This document shows positions 51,530 through 64,000 of a stretch of 64,000 nt of DNA, one piece after another (positions within the stretch are counted from its first letter, which is position 1; every line of letters starts with the position of its first letter). A model generated the notes under the pieces. The model was not told the DNA's origin, did not search any database, and saw only the letters and a list, made by a program, of their open reading frames with translations. Both the position numbers and the translations under genes were made by a program. Location: the NCBI RefSeq assembly GCF_006345805.1, contig NC_042999.1:78430001-78494000 (forward strand), read 5' to 3'. The DNA is from Octopus sinensis (lineage: Eukaryota).

Positions 51530-51830
51530 GGCGCATGGTTTACTGGTTAAGGTGTCCGATTCCCAGTGGCGCGCTGTGTCCTTGAGCGGAACATTTTATT
51601 TCCCGTTGCCCCATTCCTCTCACCTAGTAAAAATGAGTAGTACCTCTCTATCAAAGGGTTAGCCATTTCACATTCTTGTGTTACGCTGAATCTCCCCGAG
51701 AACTACGTTAAGGGTATGCGTGTCTGTGGAGTAATCAGTCACTTGAACCTTAATTTCACGAGCTGGCTTTTCCGTTGATCGGACCAACTGGACTCCTAGA
51801 TGTCGTAACCGACGGAGTGCAAGTTCGAGT
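51530..51830 (+). mobile_element. Third SINE-like element
   Basis: tRNA-like head ggcgcatggtttactggttaagg, gtgtccttgag core and a distinct tail. Confidence 0.5.
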
Positions 51831-53249
51831 CTTTGATGTAAATCCGCCCCGAGCTCACAGGCTTCAAACTAAACCTCTTGAAAAAAACAAAAACAAAACA
51901 AAACAAAAAAAAACATTTGCCTTTTCAAGAAGTTTAGTTTAGAGTACAAGACTTCACTGAACGGGTCGCCAATCCATCGCAGGGTTAACTCTTCGCCTCA
52001 CCCAGCCTGAGATTCAATCTACAATCGTGAGTCCAATACTCCAACCTCTAGGTACGAGCTTTCACTGTCTGATGAAAACATCAAGAAATAATATATTATT
52101 TCTGGCATATTACGTAATGTCAAAGATATCGTTCATAGGAAAGAGTCTCTCTTTAGTCATTCTAGCTGCTAGAAATTGAAGTGAAATCCGAATCTAACAC
52201 AGTGAAAAAGTAGATCATATTGGTCATTGCCATCCTAGACATATTTTACCTAAAGCGTATAAAATATTAATTGAGAAAATATGTTGTTTACCAATTCCGG
52301 ACAGGACGTTCCTTACTTTGCCTTATACAAATTTTGTTGATTGACATTTCTTTATATTATTCAGTTGATTGACATTTCTTGATATCATTCATTTATCATA
52401 TCCCCATATGCACAACCCTAAAATCTCTTAGGCCCTACAGAGGTATATGCAGTGTTCAGAGATGAGTAGCACCTCTTGCAGAAAGACATGTATTCCTTTG
52501 AGAATATCACGATGGTATTTTACAGCTGATAAATGAAGATGTATGTTGGTGGTTGCATGAATAATAACTGATAAAAAAATTCGAAAATTTAGCTGAAATA
52601 TTTATTGCTGTACATAAAGATATTAAGTGTTAGCTATTTACAAAGAACAACATTAATAATTACTCACAGGGATAGAGAGAAAAATCGCGCCGCATAAGCA
52701 GAAGTTACTTAAGAGACATTGTGTGAATGTTAAGAAAGTGTTTGTCTGAGAACCTGGGGGTGTCTGCAGTTTAAGAAGAGTGGAGGCGCATGTCACTCAG
52801 TTGGTTTCAACGTTCTGCGATTAACTGAGTGGCAAAACGGTTTCTTATAAGGTACAAGAAGAGCATTCTAGACAACAATATCACGCTAGTTTCACACTGA
52901 TTGGTTGCTCACTAGACCGATCACGTGAAACTGTAGTGGTTCGCTCATGGCGTTTGACGGTTATCTAGCAGCTGAGGTTTCGAATTATCACTACAGGAAC
53001 AAGTCACTTTTGGTCCCAGGATACCTTACTCTTACCTGTGGTTTCAAGAAGCTGTAGCTTGCATAGAAGTTACACCAAGGAAAACTCCTTCGCCAGGCAG
53101 ATTAAACTAGTTGAAGGTATCCGTTAGATTTCAATCACTTGATTAGTTAGTGAGTGTCTACTCAGTAATTTGAAGACTAAATCTGGTGGATAGTGTGGAT
53201 GAGAGCTATAGTTGATCCACCGGTAAAAAAAAAAGTCGGTTTTCTGCAA

Positions 53250-53580
53250 GATGGAGATGTGGAAGCGTTTGTAAGAACGGGTTCTTTGAAGCAAACGTAT
53301 GAAATTTTTGAAGTTAAGTTTCCGGGTGAAGGCTTACCGCACCCATAAAAAAAAATTAAAAAGATACAAATAATGGTGAAAAAGGGGTGCGCTACGGGGT
53401 TTGTGAACAACACCCCCAAACAAAGAAATCCTTCTGTTCGAACGCCGGAAGTTATTCAAGACGTTAACGAGGATTGCTCGAAGTCCAAAGAAGTCAACAG
53501 GAGCTCATATTAGCAAACGTTGAAAAGTCTCAAGTTGAAGCCATATCATTTCACACGTGTACAACAATTAATAGCCTACA
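53250..53580 (+). mobile_element. Mariner-like transposase N-terminal fragment
   Basis: VEAFVRTGSLKQTYEIFEVKFP...RSPKKS...LKLKPYHFTRVQQL across frameshifts. Confidence 0.5.
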
Positions 53581-53989
53581 TTTTCGGTCGAAATAAGACA
53601 ATGACACTTGCATTCGAAGGGCTTAGAGCTTTTTCGTGTGCGTAAATTTATTTCTATATTTAATGTTATACTTGGGTTACTTTTTCGTGTATTAAGTTAA
53701 ACATGGCTTTGCTCCCGCAAAAGCCAAAACCCAAGTTATGCATATATCTATATATGTGTCTATATGTAAGTATTTATGTAATTATTATTTGAGGGAATAA
53801 AATCCAAACTTACAAGGAAAAAGAATTCAATTTAGAATACTAAATCAAATTCCACACAATATAATATATATATAAAATATATACATTATATTATTTTTGT
53901 AATTTACTTAATCTTTACTTTTTAATTGTTATTTTAATTTAAACTTTTCTATTATATGTAATTTTCGAATTGATAAAAAGTGTTTTTTT

Positions 53990-54215
<226 letters not shown>

Positions 54216-54299
54216 GCTTTGGCTCGCTCTGACACTGAGGTGAGATAATGCCTTCTAGTATCTCAAAATTTAATATACAATTATTCATAATTGTAGTAT

Positions 54300-54391
54300 C
54301 CTACGCCGATGAGAAAAGAAGTTTGGGTAAGGTAGAATTTTCTAATTCTTATGCTTTCCTAAAACTTGATTTCGAAACGTACGTCCGTAGG
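54300..54391 (+). ncRNA. Type I hammerhead-like motif, CCGAUGA core, palindromic stem III
   Basis: CCUACG-CCGAUGA-GAAA...(long stem II)...UUUC-GAA-ACGUACGU-C-CGUAGG; GUC triplet; 6-bp stem I. Confidence 0.72.
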
Positions 54392-54474
54392 TAACTTAAA
54401 ATTGTATGATAGATTGCCGTCATCTCATTCTTTCTTACCTGTCTGTGTTTGCCTTTCAAGTGCTGTGTTTTTAC

Positions 54475-57130
54475 TGAGATCTCACAAGAATTAAAGAAAT
54501 CTTCATGAATCTGGAACATCACGTGACCATATTTCTTATGGATGATTTCAACTTCCCCAACGTCAAATGGCCCGAAGGTCACATGCTCTCAGGAATGAAT
54601 CATTGCGAGCAAGTACAGGTGGAGTCCCTGCTCAACCTGACCAATGCCTTATTCATGGAGCAAGTTGTACTCAAGCCAACTAGGGTAAATAACATTCTGG
54701 ATCTCTGCTTCACGAACAATATGGACATCATTCATGATGTGAAAGTGACACCGACATCAGTTTCGGATCACAACATAATAGAGCTGTCTATGTTTGGGCC
54801 AAAAGTAACCAGAGACATACAGCCTAAAGGAAGCACCCGAAATCTCTCCAATCTGAACTTCCACAAAGCAGATTGGAAATCGATCCAAAAAGAGATCCTC
54901 AGAGAGGACTGGCCGGAATGTCTCTCCACACCAGACATTGACATGAAACTAGAATGTTTCATGTCTTCTGTGCAAGCCGTATGCCAGAAATATGTCCCAG
55001 AGCACAAGGCCAAAACAAATAGGAGCAAGATTCCAAGAGACAGGAAGATCCTCATGAGACGACGGACGAAGGTTGCAAATCGTCTCAACCAACATCCCAA
55101 AAGTAGCGAAACGTCCCGCCTAAAAACAACACTGATGGAGATCGAAAAAAGGCTGCAACAATCCTATGTGAAGGAGAAAGCAGACAAAGAAGCCTGGGTT
55201 ATAAAAAATATTAAATCAAACAACCCAAAGGCCTTCTTTCATTACGCGAAAGAAACAGTCTCAGTGCACTACAAGATAGGACCCCTCCTCCAAAAGGATG
55301 GATCCCTCACAGACAGTCCAACTAAGATCAGTGAGATGCTGAATGACCAGTTCAAAAGTGTCTTTACCACCCCGTTAGAACACAGACAAGTGAACGAACC
55401 AGTGGACTTCTTTGCCAGCGAGGCGGTTACAATAGAATGTATTGACATTTGCGAAAAAGATGTCCTACTAGCCATAGATGAAGTGGACACAAACTCAGCT
55501 GCTGGTCCAGATGGTTTCCCAGCCATCCTCCTCAAAGCGTGTAAGCATGCCCTGGCAAAACCCCTCAAGATTCTCTTCCAGAGCTTTCTTGCGAATGGCA
55601 AACTGCCAAGCAAGCTGAAGGGGGGAATAACATGCCCAATACATAAAGGGGGAAGTAGAGCAGATGCCAAAAACTATAGGCCTATCTCTCTGACTTCACA
55701 CATCAGCAAAGTCATGGAACGGATAGTCAGAAATAAACTAATCGCATTCCTTGAGGAAAATAACTTGCTGAGTGATACCCAGCATGGTTTTCCACCAGGT
55801 AGGAGCTGTCTGACCCAGCTCTTACAACATTATGACTGGGTGTTGAGGCAGTTACTCAACAAATCAAATGTGGACGTAATCTATCTTGATTTTGCAAAAG
55901 CTTTTGACAAGGTGGATCATTGTATGATATGCCACAAACTGCGTGACCTCGGCATAGCTGGAAAACTTGGAGTGTGGGTACATGACTTCCTGAAAGATTG
56001 GAGTCAGGCAGTAGTGGTTAATTGAGCAACCTCTATGAACACACAAATAGTGAGTGGTGTTCCACAGGGCACTGTCTTGGGACCACTGCTTTTTACAGTG
56101 GCCCTCTCAGATATGCCCTCAAATGCCCGGATAGCCACTCTGACCAGATATGCAGACGATACGAAAGTCTCGCAGAAAATACAGAACCTCAGCGATGTTG
56201 CACACCTGCAGCAGGAGTTGGACTCAATCTACAGATGGGCTGAGGATAATAATATGCAGTTTAATGCTGAAAAATTCCAGGCCCTGCGCTACCAGCATCC
56301 AAAACTGAATATAAAACTTACAGGATACACCGGTCCACAGGGAATTTCAATCCCAGAGCCTAAGTCTGTGAGGGACCTGGGTATCGACATGAGTGATGAT
56401 ACCTCTTTCCAAGTGCACATTACCAGGATGGCGACAAAGTGCAGACGACTGGCTGGGTGGATCCTAAGAACATTCAAAACCAGAGATAAGGAAACCATGA
56501 TGGTTCTCTGGCGGACATTCGTCCTCAGTCACCTGGATTACTGCTCCCAGCTATGGTCACCCACCAGTGTAAAATTAACAGCGGACCTTGAAGCAATCCA
56601 GAGAAGATTCACAAAGAAGATCGTCTCTTTGCAACAGCTCAGCTACTGGGAAAGGTTGAAACAGCAAATCTCTACTCCCTGGAAAGAAGACGGGAAAGGT
56701 ATGCAGTAATATATGTCTGGAAGATCCTGGAAGGAATTGTGCCAAATTTTGGCATTGTAAGCTACACCAATGCTAGAACGGGACGACACTGCATAGTGCC
56801 AAAGATCCCAGCAATGCCATCACGCTTCAGGACCAGCTTCTGCAACAGCCTGGGTTTCAAGGGCCCACAGATATTTAATATTCTCCCAAAGAGTCTGAGG
56901 AACTTGCACAAAGTAGATGTAGCGGTTTTAAAATCAAAGCTGGACATCTTCCTGTCGAGAGTCCCGGATGAACCTACCTCACGGCAAGAGGTGCAAATGA
57001 GAGTAGCTCTATCAAACTCCATTCTTCACCAAGTGCCACATATTAGACGAGGTTCGTCGCAATAACAGTGTAGCGCAAAACAGCGGTGCATCAGCATGGC
57101 CGCAACTCTGAGCTGAAACTAGAGAAGAAA
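54475..57130 (+). mobile_element. 5'-truncated, young CR1/L2-type LINE (APE C-terminal half plus RT and 3' end)
   Basis: ORFs 54505-56025 (506 aa), 56035-56709 and 56739-57065: DDFNFP, ILDLCF, SDHNII, NYRPISLTSH, YLDFAKAFD, SGVPQGTVLGP, YADDTK, LDYCSQLWSP. Confidence 0.96.
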
Positions 57131-57152
57131 AAAAATATATATACATACATAA

Positions 57153-57246
<94 letters not shown>

Positions 57247-57403
57247 TATATATATATATATATATATATGGCACAAGACGAGGACAACCTATTGCAATGT
57301 ACTCCACGGTGTGTTGCAGCATGTGCGTACGTGTATAAGTTGTCTAAAAGGCCATAAGTCCGGAAAAATGCACTCGTATATCTGTCAATAGAGTGAGTAT
57401 ATC

Positions 57404-57932
57404 ATCTGAAGTGCACAGTATTATATATCCATCACAACTGATCATACCAATCGGTTTCGCACTAGGGGTACAACGGAGTGTTAAGTAACAATCCGATAAT
57501 ATAACCCTACGCTCATCAGATGTAGCCGATATGGAACGAAATATGGTGACTGCTCTCTATTGTTGGAGGTGAAAGGACATATCCGGTTTGCGGTTGCTAT
57601 GAAAGGATGATGAAATGAACCGGGTAGAGGATTTAGTTAAGAGTTCTGTCCCTTAGTACCCAGTAGCAATGTCTCAGTAACAAAGAACAGAACTCTTTGC
57701 TAAATCCCCTACCCAGTTCGTTTCATCATCCTTTCACAGCAACCGCAAACCAGATGTGTCCTTTCACCAGCAACAAAAGAGAGCAGTCGCCATATTTCAT
57801 TCCATATCGGCTTCCTCTGATGAGCGTAGGGTTGTATAATCGGATTGTTACCTAAAACTCCGTTGTACCCCGAGCGCGAAACCGACTGGTAAGATCAGCT
57901 GTAATGGATATATAATACTGTACACTTCGGAT
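57404..57932. mobile_element. About 530 bp hairpin element with a hammerhead-like core in each arm
   Basis: Arms of about 245 bp around a short spacer. CUGAUGA-GC...GC-GAA-ACC(GAYU)GGU-A on + at 57817-57891 and on - at about 57445-57519; stem I is weak. Confidence 0.8.
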
Positions 57933-57986
57933 AACATACATACATACATACATACATACATACATACATACATACATACACATACA

Positions 57987-58017
<31 letters not shown>

Positions 58018-59429
58018 TAGTTGTATATATGTATATATATTTACATGCCTATATTTACGTATGTTCAGTATGCTATGGGTGTATGTGTGCGAATGTGTGA
58101 CTCTCTTACAGAATATTTTGGTATTTTGCCTACATCATAAAAGTCAAGTTGGAATATTTCCATGCATCTTTCAATAATTTCGATTAACTATTTCAGAGTA
58201 AAATAAATTTCAATGAATTATATATAGAGTAGTGTTTGAAGCATACATGTTCATAGCAATGTTTTTGCATTATGTATGTTAGGCTATCTGGCCAAATGTT
58301 CCGTATAAAATAATAGACTTTGATTCAGTGAATGAAACACTAAGACTGCGTTACTTGATATACTTTCGACCGCCATCATTAAACGTTATCAGAAACGAAT
58401 TAACAAGGGAACCTCTACTCACTAGTTCGACCTGCTAAAAATAGTAGGCCGAATTTCACTCAGATCAATACACCCTCTACCATCTCAAATAAACAAGGAC
58501 AGCTTTGTCCACAATATACGAACAAATAGAGTGTTAACCGTTGGAACGCCTTTTGATCATATGCCTGCTCAATTAGAGTTGATCTGTGACTAAACAAATA
58601 ATAAGAACTTAAACAAAATCATCATATCACCATCTCAACTACCAAACTCTGCATTATCACTACCACCGTCGCTGCCGTTTGCATAGTTTTCATATTGCAT
58701 TTTTACTTCTCTTTTCAAGTATTTTTCTTTTCTTCTTTCGATTTGCTTATAAAATATTTATAGATTATAGTGAGAAGTAGTAATTGGGTGAATCGATACG
58801 GTACCGAACAACTGCCCGAAGACTCTTAGGGCATTGTCTTCTAACAAAGCACAGGCCATGTCCTCAGAAGCAGAACTGTGTATTTATCCATTGCTAAACC
58901 TAGGTTTAAGGAGAAAGAAAGAGGTTGCCGTCCCTAGTTACATATATATTTACGATACAACGACTTAGTCCCTTCTAGGAGTCCTCAATTCATTTGATCT
59001 TGCGGTGCACTAGAGTATAATACAAAAAAAAAAAAAAAACTGGTGTACTTGCATGGGAAATTAAAAACAACTACGTTTTAAATTGAAAAACTAGTGAATA
59101 CTGAAAACTATTCATCTCGTTTCATCAATCATTCTTTCTTCGTGTATAACAAAATTATAATAGCGTTGTTCAAGATTTTCAGGTATTAACAGTGGTATAT
59201 TTAAAAGAAAACCGGAACACCCAGATAGCCCCTGTGACCTACTGTGTAAAACTACTGTCCTCCGTAGCCGCTCATGCTGTTAGATGTAGCAACCAAATCA
59301 TCTTCATACCATACTCTATCGTTTAAAAAAAAAATCCCCCCCCCCCCAAAAAAAAACAAACAAACAAACAAACACTCGTTTGATAATGTAGTCCTGGAAA
59401 CGTTCTGCCTGAAAAAAGCGATCGGATGA

Positions 59430-60130
59430 TTACATTCAGGCTAATAAGAAAATTCTTTTCAATTGCTTTGCGAGCTTTATAAGGTGGGGTTTATTTGCTA
59501 CCTTGCGGAAACCACTGTCTTTTATCCGCAAGTTCTCTTCATTGTGGCCTGTGAATCTGATAGTATCCGTGCTGCTCTGGGTCCGATAAGGCGTGTATAG
59601 ATCTGTCCTTTCATTCAAATGTACACGTATCAAATCGTGTTGCCTCTATAACATCCATTACATTTGCTGTAATCTAACTTGCAGAAAATGTCTCAACCAC
59701 ATTTCGGTGCTGTGGATAGGGCAGTTGGCTAGCATGCAAAGAAAGTCAGAGTCGGAAAGCCGTTTCTTTAATAGGTACTTCTACAGCGAAGGACTTAAAT
59801 GGACCAGCTGCATATTTAGCTTCATGTTGATTACAACGTTTTCTTTTCTCATCTCGTAGAAGTGTAGTTGTTGGCTGAGTTATTCCGTATATTGGGCTTG
59901 TTATTGACTAGCAAACGGTTTTGGGTACCCGTTCCTTTGGTAACCCGACCCCGCTGTCCCGCTACAGATGTTAATTATCCAGAAGAACTTGTTCTGTAGG
60001 TAATTGGTTTTGATACTGGAAGGAGAAGAGGACTTAAAATAGAAAAACGTTCCTACATATAGCTTCCTTTTATAAATTGGTGTTGATGGTTGCTTTTCTC
60101 TGTGATTCTCAGTTAGAAATCCAGCCGGCG
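59430..60130 (-). mobile_element. Old Penelope-like RT-thumb/linker fragment
   Basis: IYKRKLYVGTFFYFKSSSPSSIK...IINICS; KYLLRNGFP; PY...IR...KP.LIKL across stops. Confidence 0.5.
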
Positions 60131-61003
60131 AAGAAGAGATCTTGTATCACTGGAGTGTTTCATGCTGACTCATGTGTTCATTAATATTGTTTTCAAATTT
60201 TGGCACTAGGCCAGAAATTTTGGGGGAGGGGTAAGTCGATTACATCGATTCCAGTGTTCGACTGATATTTCTCTTATCGACCCCGAACAGATGAAAGGCA
60301 AAGTCGACCTCGGCGGAATTTGAACTTAGAGCATAAAGACGGATGAAATGCTTGTTAAGCATTTTGCCCGGCGTGGTAACGATTCTGCCTGCTCATCGCC
60401 TTCTTGCATTCATTAATATTAGCGAACGTATCGCATAGTGTGTCTGGCTTTTCATAAGATGATAGAAATATATCATCCAAACATCTGGTGAAAAGTGGAC
60501 AACAGGTTTTAACGTTCTACGTTCCAGTTTATCCACATAGGCGATGGCCAGATAAGCCGTCAGATTGTATTCTTTGCGTAAACCTAAGGTATGTCTGCGA
60601 GGTTATTCTTGTAAATGTATCTAAAACGAAACCTTGTGGCTGATCTTGACATTCCCACGAGCCGCCGTACAATGCAGTTTGATTACATTATTTCCTTGTG
60701 CATACGTGCCCTTTATTCTTCCCAGCCAATAATCATGCAAGACAATTACAATCTTGCTTTACTCACACTTCTACAACACGTAGTCTTACAACATTTACAC
60801 ACAGACGCGAAAAACCTCTTGTATTTAGCAATCTTTAAAAAAGGTTAGTTTTACTTGAAATATTGGTTTATTATAAATTTTAAAGTGAAAATTTACAGTT
60901 CTTATTTGCACTTAATCGTTCCTCGATCGCATAGCCTTGATATTCTAAATCTAATTTAGTTTAATATTGTCAAGTAAACTACATGTTTATTCTCCCTCTC
61001 TTA

Positions 61004-61004
<1 letters not shown>

Positions 61005-61064
<60 letters not shown>

Positions 61065-61076
61065 ATATATATATAT

Positions 61077-61116
<40 letters not shown>

Positions 61117-61186
61117 AAATATATATATATATATATCTAAATATATATATATATATATCTAAATATATATATATATATATATCTAA

Positions 61187-61218
<32 letters not shown>

Positions 61219-61252
61219 TATATATATATCTAAATATATATATATATATATC

Positions 61253-61305
<53 letters not shown>

Positions 61306-61612
61306 TATATATCTAAATATATATATATATATATATCTAAATAATATATATATATTATATATAATATATCTAAATATATATATATATATATATAATAATA
61401 TATATATATATAGATATATATATATATATCTAAATATATATATAATATATATAATATATATATAATATATATATATCTAAATAATATATATATTATATAT
61501 ATATATCTAAATATATATATTATATATCTAAATATATATATTATATATTATATATATATTATATATATATCTAATTATAATATATATATCTAAATTATAT
61601 ATATATATATAG

Positions 61613-61659
<47 letters not shown>

Positions 61660-61670
61660 ATATATATATC

Positions 61671-61719
<49 letters not shown>

Positions 61720-61742
61720 ATATATATATATATATATATATG
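61005..61742. repeat. (TA)n microsatellite with periodic tctaaa interruptions
   Basis: Directly visible; abuts the 487-bp array. Confidence 0.95.
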
Positions 61743-61971
61743 TTCATAATTAATCAATATAGGGTGGCAAAAAATTTTGTAGAATTTTTTTGCCACCAGC
61801 GGCCTAGTGGGAAAAAGTTAAATAATCATAGACCATTTTTAAGTTCAACATCACAATCAAGGAACGGCCATAATAGGCCATTCACCCACTAGAAATAACA
61901 GCCAATGCTTCAACCGCAAAATAACATCAATTCCGTAAACCAGGAGAAAATTAAAAAACATTTACCCTGTA

Positions 61972-62077
61972 ATTTCTTATACGATGCACCGTTTCATCTA
62001 CTGTTTAATGGTAAACTAACCTGATTAAATTAAATCAAGCCAATCTTCCATAGGCCCTTAGAATCATCAGTAGAAAT
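61972..62077 (-). ncRNA. Type I hammerhead ribozyme (array copy 1, 1-nt deletion in stem I)
   Basis: Same core; 5' stem I strand is AUUUCUA rather than AUUUCUUA; predicted cleavage after 61980 on the minus strand. Confidence 0.75.
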
Positions 62078-62457
62078 AGCCAAGTCGGAACAGATATTTT
62101 CACGAGGCATTTCCGTCCCTGCCTCGGCAATATCTGACCTAAAATTTTCAAATCATCGCACTCGCGCCAAATTTATCGGCAGCAAATAAATATAAGCCGC
62201 CGATTCCATTACGGAATTAACCAGAAAATTCATAATTAATCAATATAGGGTGGCAAAAAATTTTGTAGAATTTTTTTGCCACCAGCGGCCTAGTGGGAAA
62301 AAGTTAAATAGTCATAGACCATTTTTAAGTTCAACATCACAATCAAGGAACGGCCATAATAGGCCATTCACCCACTAGAAATAACAGCCAATGCTTCAAC
62401 CGCAAAATAACATCAATTCCGTAAACCAGGAGAAAATTAAAAAACATTTACCCTGTA

Positions 62458-62564
62458 ATTTCTTATACGATGCACCGTTTCATCTACTGTTTAATGGTAA
62501 ACTAACCTGATTAAATTAAATCAAGCCAATCTTCCATAGGCCCTTAGAATCATCAGTAAGAAAT
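62458..62564 (-). ncRNA. Type I hammerhead ribozyme (array copy 2)
   Basis: Minus strand: AUUUCUUA-CUGAUGA-U[UCUA...UAGA]U-GAA-ACGG(UGCA)UCGU-A-UAAGAAAU. Perfect 8-bp stem I, extended stem II, 4-bp stem III, GUA triplet; predicted cleavage between 62466 and 62465. Confidence 0.85.
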
Positions 62565-62944
62565 AGCCAAGTCGGAACAGATATTTTCACGAGGCATTTC
62601 CGTCCCTGCCTCGGCAATATATGACCTAAAATTTTCAAATCATCGCACTCGCGCCAAATTTATCGGCAGCAAATAAATATAAGCCGCCGATTCCATTACG
62701 GAATTAACCAGAAAATTCATAATTAATCAATATAGGGTGGCAAAAAATTTTGTAGAATTTTTTTGCCACCAGCGGTCTAGTGGGAAAAAGTTAAATAGTC
62801 ATAGACCATTTTTAAGTTCAACATCACAATCAAGGAACGGCCATAATAGGCCATTCACCCACTAGAAATAACAGCCAATGCTTCAACCGCAAAATAACAT
62901 CAATTCCGTAAACCAGGAGAAAATTAAAAAACATTTACCCTGTA

Positions 62945-63051
62945 ATTTCTTATACGATGCACCGTTTCATCTACTGTTTAATGGTAAACTAACCTGATTA
63001 AATTAAATCAAGCCAATCTTCCATAGGCCCTTAGAATCATCAGTAAGAAAT
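62945..63051 (-). ncRNA. Type I hammerhead ribozyme (array copy 3)
   Basis: Same fold as copy 2; predicted cleavage after 62953 on the minus strand. Confidence 0.85.
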
Positions 63052-64000
63052 AGCCAAGTCGGAACAGATATTTTCACGAGGCATTTCCGTCCCTGCCTCG
63101 GCAATATCAAGCGCGTGTCAGCAACTTGGCTACGCTGAGTTAGAATCCTGATTGAAGGCTATGCGTGCAAAGGCTTATAAAGCAGAAGTTAAAACGAACT
63201 TGGAGAGGCACTACTAAAGAGTTGACTTCACGACATGTCAACAGAATACACTCAAGACAGCTATAAAAATACAAGCAAGATGTCGAACCCTGTAAGCTAA
63301 CGAAACACTTAAGAGGGAACCTTTACGTGTTGGCTCAGGTTACAAGAAATAGCAGCCAAATTTCCCTGAGTTCCTTGCTGAAAAATAATCCACATTGAAT
63401 AATGTGATCTAGAGTTACATAGTGTCTGAGAAGATGGCGGGAATGTCCTTTTCCGTATGTCCACTCGATCTGGGCTAAGGGCTGCATTGGATCTAAACAA
63501 CAATAAAGAAGCACTCAACAATGTTCTTTTGCTTTGTATTTACAACCGTGAATCACGCCTAGAGTGTGGGTAGCAGCTATCAGTTTTCTCGGGTTTCATA
63601 AACATATAGTTAGAAAATCATCTGAGAATTATTTTAGGAGACGAACTCATCACAATGCATCTCATAAAACGATATGGATCTCTGATCAGTCATATAAATC
63701 GCTACTCTCAATACAGCAATCAACTTTTTTCTTCTTCATTCACCCTAGAAAACTTACCCAACCAGTTTATTTTAGATTCTGTTCGTCTTCCATTTTCACA
63801 GGAAATTTCTTCCCTTTTTTTAATTCCACTACAACGGTTCAGGTAACTTACTTAAAAAACGCTACTGTTCAGCTCTTTAACAATTGCATTCAACACAGAT
63901 AATTTGCTATAACACAGATCTCTCTAGTCTCTTCTGTTGACCTTAAGATCGTTAGTTGGCGTCAAAACATTGAGCATGAAGCTTTACTTTATTTACGACT

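Larger units (their letters stand above)
61743..63108 (-). repeat. Head-to-tail array of about 2.8 copies of a 486-487 bp non-coding unit, one hammerhead per unit (retrozyme- or pLTR-like)
   Basis: Unit starts (ttcataattaatc) at 61743, 62229 and 62716; copies nearly identical; no ORF of 60 aa or more in the track; left end abuts (TA)n. Confidence 0.95.

Overview
AT-rich, microsatellite-dense animal genomic DNA. The SINE families and repeat landscape suggest octopus/cephalopod; this is inference. The only well-supported host coding sequence is three minus-strand, phase-1 exons that splice into Sushi-Sushi-PAN/Apple. Most of the rest is transposon debris: CR1/L2-type, RTE, R4-like and CRE-like LINEs, Penelope-like elements, Gypsy, mariner, Helitron-like elements, a piggyBac-type MITE and tRNA-SINEs. 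A 100-N gap is followed by an indel-rich second copy of 26.1-29.8 kb, probably an assembly artefact. The main unexpected signal is a set of at least six dissimilar non-coding families carrying type I hammerhead ribozyme (HHR) folds, identified by eye. Two are about 480-487 bp head-to-tail arrays with one HHR per monomer (61.7-63.1 kb and 36.4-37.2 kb), resembling retrozymes or Penelope pseudo-LTRs. Three 'MITE-like' hairpin families or copies are head-to-head inverted HHR units. Recurrent core variants are G3:C8 swap, U4C and U10.1.U11.1. All folds and translations were done manually and none is experimentally or computationally confirmed.
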